The notes beneath the pieces are model-generated. The model was not told the origin of the DNA and did no database searches. It worked only from the letters and a program-made list of their open reading frames with translations. Positions 57,101 to 64,000 of a DNA stretch of 64,000 bases are shown piece by piece. The position numbers and the translations under genes were made by a program. The stretch spans positions 17,077,172-17,141,171 of the forward strand of contig CM119265.1 of the NCBI GenBank assembly GCA_051294375.1. Direction: 5' to 3'. This DNA comes from Paraspadella gotoi (Eukaryota > Animalia > Chaetognatha). Position 1 is the first letter of the stretch. Each line of letters opens with the position of its first letter.

Positions 57101-59092
57101 AGCAATGTTTTGACTCTCAAGGCTTTACAAATGTGAGGAGAATGATTGACGCTAAACTTTGCACAACTCTCACCTTTCGAAAAAAAAACTCGTGAATTAA
57201 AAAAACATTTTTTCCGAAAGGTTTTGTTGTAAAAGAAGACGAAAATGTTGTCAAAAGGCGACGTATCGACGTGGCCGGGGCCCTCTCACTATAAAACGTA
57301 ACTATACATTTAAAATTAGTCAAAGACAATCTCATTTACGGATTATCACAACAAAGACGAGCGGGCATAATTACGTTTTCCTCAGTTTACCATTTATTTG
57401 TTTTCCCTTCTTTCTCTCCTTCGTCTCACATTTTGTGGTGAGGGATTTTGCGACCTTCTCATGAATAAAATCCTGGGTTTAGCGTTGAGGGCATTGCTTT
57501 GTTTATGGCAGCAATACCATTGTGATTCTTTGGCGTTAGGTTTTGCGTTATTTCCGATTTACTGAGGACGTGTTATTGGCTTTGTTATATTGTTATGATT
57601 TTTAGGTTATTTGACGAGAGGGTTTTTTTTGACCTTTCGTGTTTGAAAGGGCATTATCAGGGAAGATAGTAGTTTCTATTTTTGCTAGAACTTAGTTTAA
57701 TGTCGTTGTTATATTACCCTTTGCTCCTCGTAAAGAATCGTAAAGAAGTTGAAAAAGTAAAAGGAAAACGAGACTCTCGCGTGAACGGATATTTGCGATT
57801 GAAAGGGGTTTAGTGAATGAAAGTAGATCAACGAGAGTTCAAGAAGTTTTCTTGAATTGAAAGAAGCGCACAGAACCTAACAGAAACAGAAATATTTGGA
57901 ACAGTGAAAGAGAAGCAGCACTGCAACCGAATTCTTGAAAAAAAACTTTGTCCAAAACCAGGCAAAGTAGAAAAAGTCCCACCGCACTTCATTTAGAGTT
58001 AAACGCAGGACGATTGGGAAGAGGGGAACGACCGCCAAAACGCTTCCTCGTTCAAAGACAACGACGACGACGAGAATTTAAAGACGTCCATGAAGGCGGT
58101 ACGCTGCTACAATTGAACCCATAAAATACCTTATAACGTTTTGAGCGAGATCACCGGAAAGACATTTTCGATCCGAAACTCGCGGAGAAAAACGGAAAAA
58201 GGCGGAAAAAAGGAAGAAAACAATTTGAGCGAAAAACAAGACAAGAGGCGGGAGAATGGAAATTCGTACACAGCGACCTCGAACGGACGGACGTTAAACT
58301 ACGATGTCTCGTGAATGGTGGAGGCAAATGTCGGCGTCTTGAAAGAAATGCGAGTTTGGCGCAAGATTTCGGGCGAATCGGGATGGAATCTCTTTGACCT
58401 CGAGTCTCACATCTCACATCTCGATTTGCAGTCAACCACACTAACGATCACGATCCTTACTCAAAATCAAAATCTATTTCGTTATCTTTTATATATTTTT
58501 ATTTCGTCTCTTGATGCTTCAAACAACTTAATAACTTGGTTTATCCTCGAATACGATTCCCTTTTGGATTGAAGTGCAAATTAATCGTGCACGCATAAAA
58601 ATATTTCTCAGAATAAAAAAAAAATCTTTAAATAGTCGCGGATCATCTTTTTAAAAATTATCGAACGCCAAATAAAGCCTCTCAAATACACAAAATAGGA
58701 TGAACGCGAATAATAAAAAAATAATAATGAAGTAACAACACATATATTTCTTACAATCGTGTTTCCCGGATTAAGTAAACTAACGTCAGTCAAGTCCGTA
58801 AATACAAGCGAGATTGCCGTCACAAAGTATCGCCAAGCAATCTGTCCCGACCCGGAGCCTCGGAGCGAAAGGCAATAAACACGAACGAGATGGAATTTAT
58901 TTCCTCGGGATTTTCGGGAAGAAAAAAAAATGTGAATATTAGCCGAGAGCGAACATTAGTGAGGGCATCGAAAATGGACCCTCTTTGCCGTCTCGACCCA
59001 TTTTCACTCTCTGTCTTTAAAGCCCCTCTTCCATACCCATAAAGCATGCCTCCATGTTTGAGCCTACTCAGCGTCGAATCCATAATAACGCC

Positions 59093-59179
<87 letters not shown>

Positions 59180-61775
59180 GCGCGGGCGCGCGCGAAAGAG
59201 TCTTTCGCCGTTTCCAACCGACGCTGCTCTGGAGTCGTCTCCATCGCTAACGTCGTCGTCGTCGTCCGTCGTCGTCGTCGTAAAAGAAGTAAAGGATCGC
59301 GTTCGTCGTCGAGGTCGTCTCTCTCGTCGTTGTTTTTTAATGTCGTCGTTTTCGTCGTCGACGTCGTCGTCGGCGGACGCGTTCTCCAGGATTGGACGTC
59401 GCTAGAGTTTCGTCTCTCGCGTTTCATCTTAAGCGTCAGAGTCGTCCTTTCGGTTTGCATCATTTTTGTTTCCTTCTTGCAAAATTACAATTACGGCGAA
59501 AATTTATCATTTATAAGATTTTACTCTTTATACTTCATTGACATTGGCGTTCGACGGTACAAATGTTTTAAAATTTAAATTTATAAAATAAATTTATTTC
59601 GTGTTACGTGTTTTCGTGTTATTCCTCACTAAATTTACTTCTGCATTTTTGCCGATTGTTTTTTTTTTCTTTAATTAAAAAAAAAAGGAAATAATTACTT
59701 CTCATTCGTTCTAATTTTATGCGTCTCTTTTTTCACCTGTATAATGCAACTACCGTTACTAAGACGACGACGACGACGACGACGACAACGCTACGCATGA
59801 ATGATAAAATGCATACGTAATACGTCGTGAGATAAACGTAAAATAGAGATGGAATTTCGTTGGGGGCGAGTGGGCGCTATGCCGGGGCGACTCGAACGGG
59901 TGGGTCTATTGCTGGCGGGTGGGGAGATGCTCTTTGGGTCACCTGCACTTTGCGACTGCTTGTGGCGGGCCAAGCGACGATCCGGTCGCGGGCTTCTCCC
60001 AAATAAAAAGGACTGGCATCCGTAAATAATAAAATGCATTATTTTTAAATAAGAAAAACCCATATAGTGAAACGATGACAACGATTAACTTCATATAAAG
60101 AAAACCATAATGAAAAGGGCATTATTACCATTGTTTCCACCGCCGAGTTTTTATTTCGTCCAGTTTACTTTTTCTCCCAAGCCTGTCTTTTTGGTCCAGA
60201 GTTAAAAAAATCATTATAAAGTCTTTTCAGAGAAACTCAACATTTTTTTTCAGTCCTAAAAATTTCTCTTTTAAAACTTCTAAAAAAAAAAAAATTTGAA
60301 GTTTAATTTTAATTCAATTTTAGGCTGACTGAATTGCTTTTTTCCCGAAATTACGTTCCGCTCTCACAAAAAAAAAAAAATTGCGTCATTTTCGAGACAA
60401 AAAAAAAAGAAATAAACAAAAAAACTAAAAAAAAACCGAAAATACAAAACCAAAGAAGAAAAAATAAAAGGCGGGAAAAATAAAAGGCGGGAACCGGCGG
60501 CGCTTCCTCCGCCGATCCCTGACCCCTAAAAGTTGACCCTTTTAAGAAAATCCATTTACATTCATTTCGTCTCTCCGCCGTCAGGAGGAAAAAAAAAAAA
60601 GAATTTAGAAAAGCGATTGAAAAGTGAGAGTCTTTGTACTCGAGAGGTAAGTGCGGCCGCCATTTTCTTTATTATCCGCCGCCCGGCCTTCATTTCTCAA
60701 GATGTCGCCATGACGACCTCGCTCACCTCGCTTCTTTTCTTTTAATATCGCTTCCTCGTTTCATCGATCGTTTTTTGCGCGCCATCTCTTTACGTCTTTT
60801 TACACCTTTCGCTTACCTCGTTCGCCCTCACCCCCTCCTTGTGATCTCTTTATCCATAACCTCTTTCTCACGCAACCTTTGTTGAGCTCCTTTCCCAATT
60901 GCCCTTTATGAACAATAATTCGGGAAAGCTTGATATTTTCGAAATTTTCTTTGGAATGGCGAATCGGCCAGAGGCCAATTGACCATACATTGGCTATTTC
61001 CTTTTAACGGTTTTTTTTTTTCGCATATTTTTTAACATTGTAAATTTCGTTTATTTACTTATAATAAACCTTCTCTCTCTCTCTCTCTCTCACACACACT
61101 CTCTCTCTCTCTCTCTCTCTCTCTCGTTCTTATCTCTCTATTTTTCGAATGCGGCTTCTCTCTCCAACCGTGGCCCCCTCCTAACGCCCAACGATTCGTC
61201 GCATTAAAGTTGACCAAAGTTCGAGCCGCGGCGATCGAGAGGCTCGTCCACACTCCCCCTACCCCTCGCCCAGCCGGTCCGCGCACCCCACCTGTCGCTA
61301 AATTTTTCACCTCAACTCAGATCCTTTAAATCCGTCGAAGCTTTTTCGATCTCACCTCTCATCCTTCAAATATCCTCTCTACCTCTTGAGTCTTGACTCT
61401 TTCGCGCTAAACTTCCACACAGATTATCTTTCCCCTCCACTTTCGTTTCCTTTTTTCGTCTTTCCGTTATTTCTATTTTATTTATTTATTAATTATATAT
61501 ATATATATTGTTTATCGTTGTTATCGTAATTTTATATTTCAATTAAGCCTTATTTTATGGACACAGTGTCGTTTTAAGTATTTTTTAACATTTATACATA
61601 GTTATTAAAAAAGCTTCAACTGTTTACAATGAAATTTAATAAAAAAGGATAATTTTTTTCGATACGGGTGACGATATATCTCCTATGTATAGTTTATCTA
61701 CTAATGCAAATGAGAAAAAAACTAAGGATTTTTTTTCTTTCTATGGAGCCAACTCAATTCCATCCAGTCTATGAA

Positions 61776-61857
<82 letters not shown>

Positions 61858-62065
61858 CCATCCATTTGGTGATGAATAACGAGATTACGCGTTAAAATGA
61901 ACGCCCATGGAGAATATGCGCGGAATAGATGTACTTTTATTTCAATAATGAATTAACTAAGTGTGGGAAGGAGTGGTCTTCTTCGAGTCTTCGACACGCG
62001 ACCCGGTCATTCACCCCGAGACTTTCTCTGGGTCCATTCACGCCCATGGTTCTGTCTCTCCCTCA

Positions 62066-62096
<31 letters not shown>

Positions 62097-62251
62097 ATCT
62101 TCTCTCTCTATCTCTCTACTCACTCACTCACTCTCTCTCTCTCTCTCTCCATCGTAGGACCCATTGTTAACCGTCCGTCGCTTTACAACCCAATACTTGG
62201 CGCCGATTCGTCGCTTTGTCTCTTATTTTCCATTTGCGAAATAAACCGCGT

Positions 62252-62331
<80 letters not shown>

Positions 62332-63615
62332 TTGATTCGCCCTACTTCGACAGGGCCATTTTCGACCTCTCGTCCTGCTCCTTCGTCATCAACGTGGCTG
62401 TTCGACAGCAGATTTTGGTGATATGCCGACGCAGCCGAATCACGCCGTCGCCACTGCCGACGTAGATATCGACGCTGTCGACGTACATTCCGCTCCTTTC
62501 TCCCCATTTCTTTGTCCACTTTGAGAAATGTTGCGTAGCTCTTCTTTCTGCCGACGCGCTACCGACTCCCTTTGCCGAGCCTGCCGACGCGGCTCATTTC
62601 CATTTAGTGCGCGTGGAACCAGAAAAATGTTATCGTTTGATTCGAGAAAAGAAGGAGAAAGAAAAAAAGGAGGGAGGAAAAGAAATAATGAAAAAAAAAA
62701 AGAAATTGAAAATAATGAGACGCAGAAAAGGGGGAAAAAAAAAAGGAAGTTTGCGAGCGAGAAATGGGAGAAAGGTCGATCCACGGCAGAGCCAGGATTG
62801 AAAAATAATTAAAGGAGAGAAATGTCGGGAGTGCCTTTGTACGTAGAGGAGATAGACTGATTCTATTGTTTAGAAACGTTGTATACTTTGTAAACAAATC
62901 TCTTAGAAAATTGGGTAATAATTTCTGACGAAATACTTGCACCGATTTGAAGAAAACTGTGAGTTTGGCAGAACGTCTTAAATCGCCCACGCCCCCCCCA
63001 AACAAAAAAGAAAAAATAAATCAGAACTTGCTATCGTGAAAACATGGGAGGAAATTATTTGCATAAATTATTACTCAAGTTCACAACAGCCCACGAGAAA
63101 AGTTAAGTTTAATCCAAGTTGAGGCAATGCTTGGGGGGAGGGAGAGAAAAAAGTTTAATATTGAAATCGTTGTTTCGTTCAGATTTGAACGATGAACCGG
63201 TGATTTTCTGAAAGATGTAAAGATACAGTGTTCGAGCTGTTGCTTCGAAGTAAACTATTTAATAATTACATTCGTTGAAAATTACTTTCGGAAGTAATTA
63301 CTTTAAACTCTAAAAGTAGATGTCAGGATTGAAAGAAAACAAAGACGGGGGGCTCGTGACGATGTAGTGAAAGTGGAGAGATTCAAGAATTGCCAAAAGA
63401 AAATCCAAAGCGGCCCTGGGGGCTTAGTTTGGGTCATGATTGAGTCAAGACGGGAGACAGAGTCAAGCCGTGCCATGTAAATTTAGGAAATGAGACGTGT
63501 AGAGAGTAGAGAAGAGAGAGCGAGAGAGAAAGAGAGAGATGGTACAGAAATTTCTCCTAACTAGATTTTTTCAACAAAGCCAAAGGAGAGAAGAGGAAGA
63601 GAAGAGAGAGAAGGA

Positions 63616-63679
<64 letters not shown>

Positions 63680-63886
63680 AAGAAAAACAGCCAAAAGAAA
63701 TGAAAAAATAAGTAGGTTCTTGTTTCTGAAACACTATTTTTTTCCAGCTTTAAAAAAACAAAAGGAAAGTGTTGTTGTTTAAAAAGATTAAAAAATTCAG
63801 GAAACAAAGAAGAATGTTTTATGAAAGAAATTAGCGAGACAGATTAAGGGAAGAAATAAGAGAGAGAGAGAGAGCGAGAGAGAGAG

Positions 63887-63936
<50 letters not shown>

Positions 63937-64000
63937 GAGAGAGAGAGAGTTGCTCATGAAATTGTTGAATAATTTTTCAGAGGGCAAGAGTGACTGACCG

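Overview
Animal (invertebrate-type) genomic DNA from a draft assembly with several N gaps. The left ~28 kb is gene-dense with everything on the minus strand. It holds a complete alpha-spectrin gene (~44 constitutive coding exons, 2507-19754) with three probable frame-preserving cassette/micro-exons, an intronless WIF1/Shifted-like gene with only two EGF repeats, and a 7+-exon orphan single-pass membrane protein gene. The right ~36 kb has no gene I can recognise and is rich in (GA)n/(GTC)n microsatellites, a ~140-bp minisatellite, HINE/DINE-1-like elements and a ~4.9-kb foldback that is probably an assembly artefact. The most notable signal is two diverged copies (3655-3795 and 49663-49822, both minus strand) of an element made of a tRNA-derived Pol III-type head directly followed by a circularly permuted (type-P5) twister-ribozyme fold. 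The two copies show compensatory changes in P3, P4, P5 and pseudoknot T2. One copy lies in sense orientation in an alpha-spectrin intron. All calls were made by eye, with no searches run.
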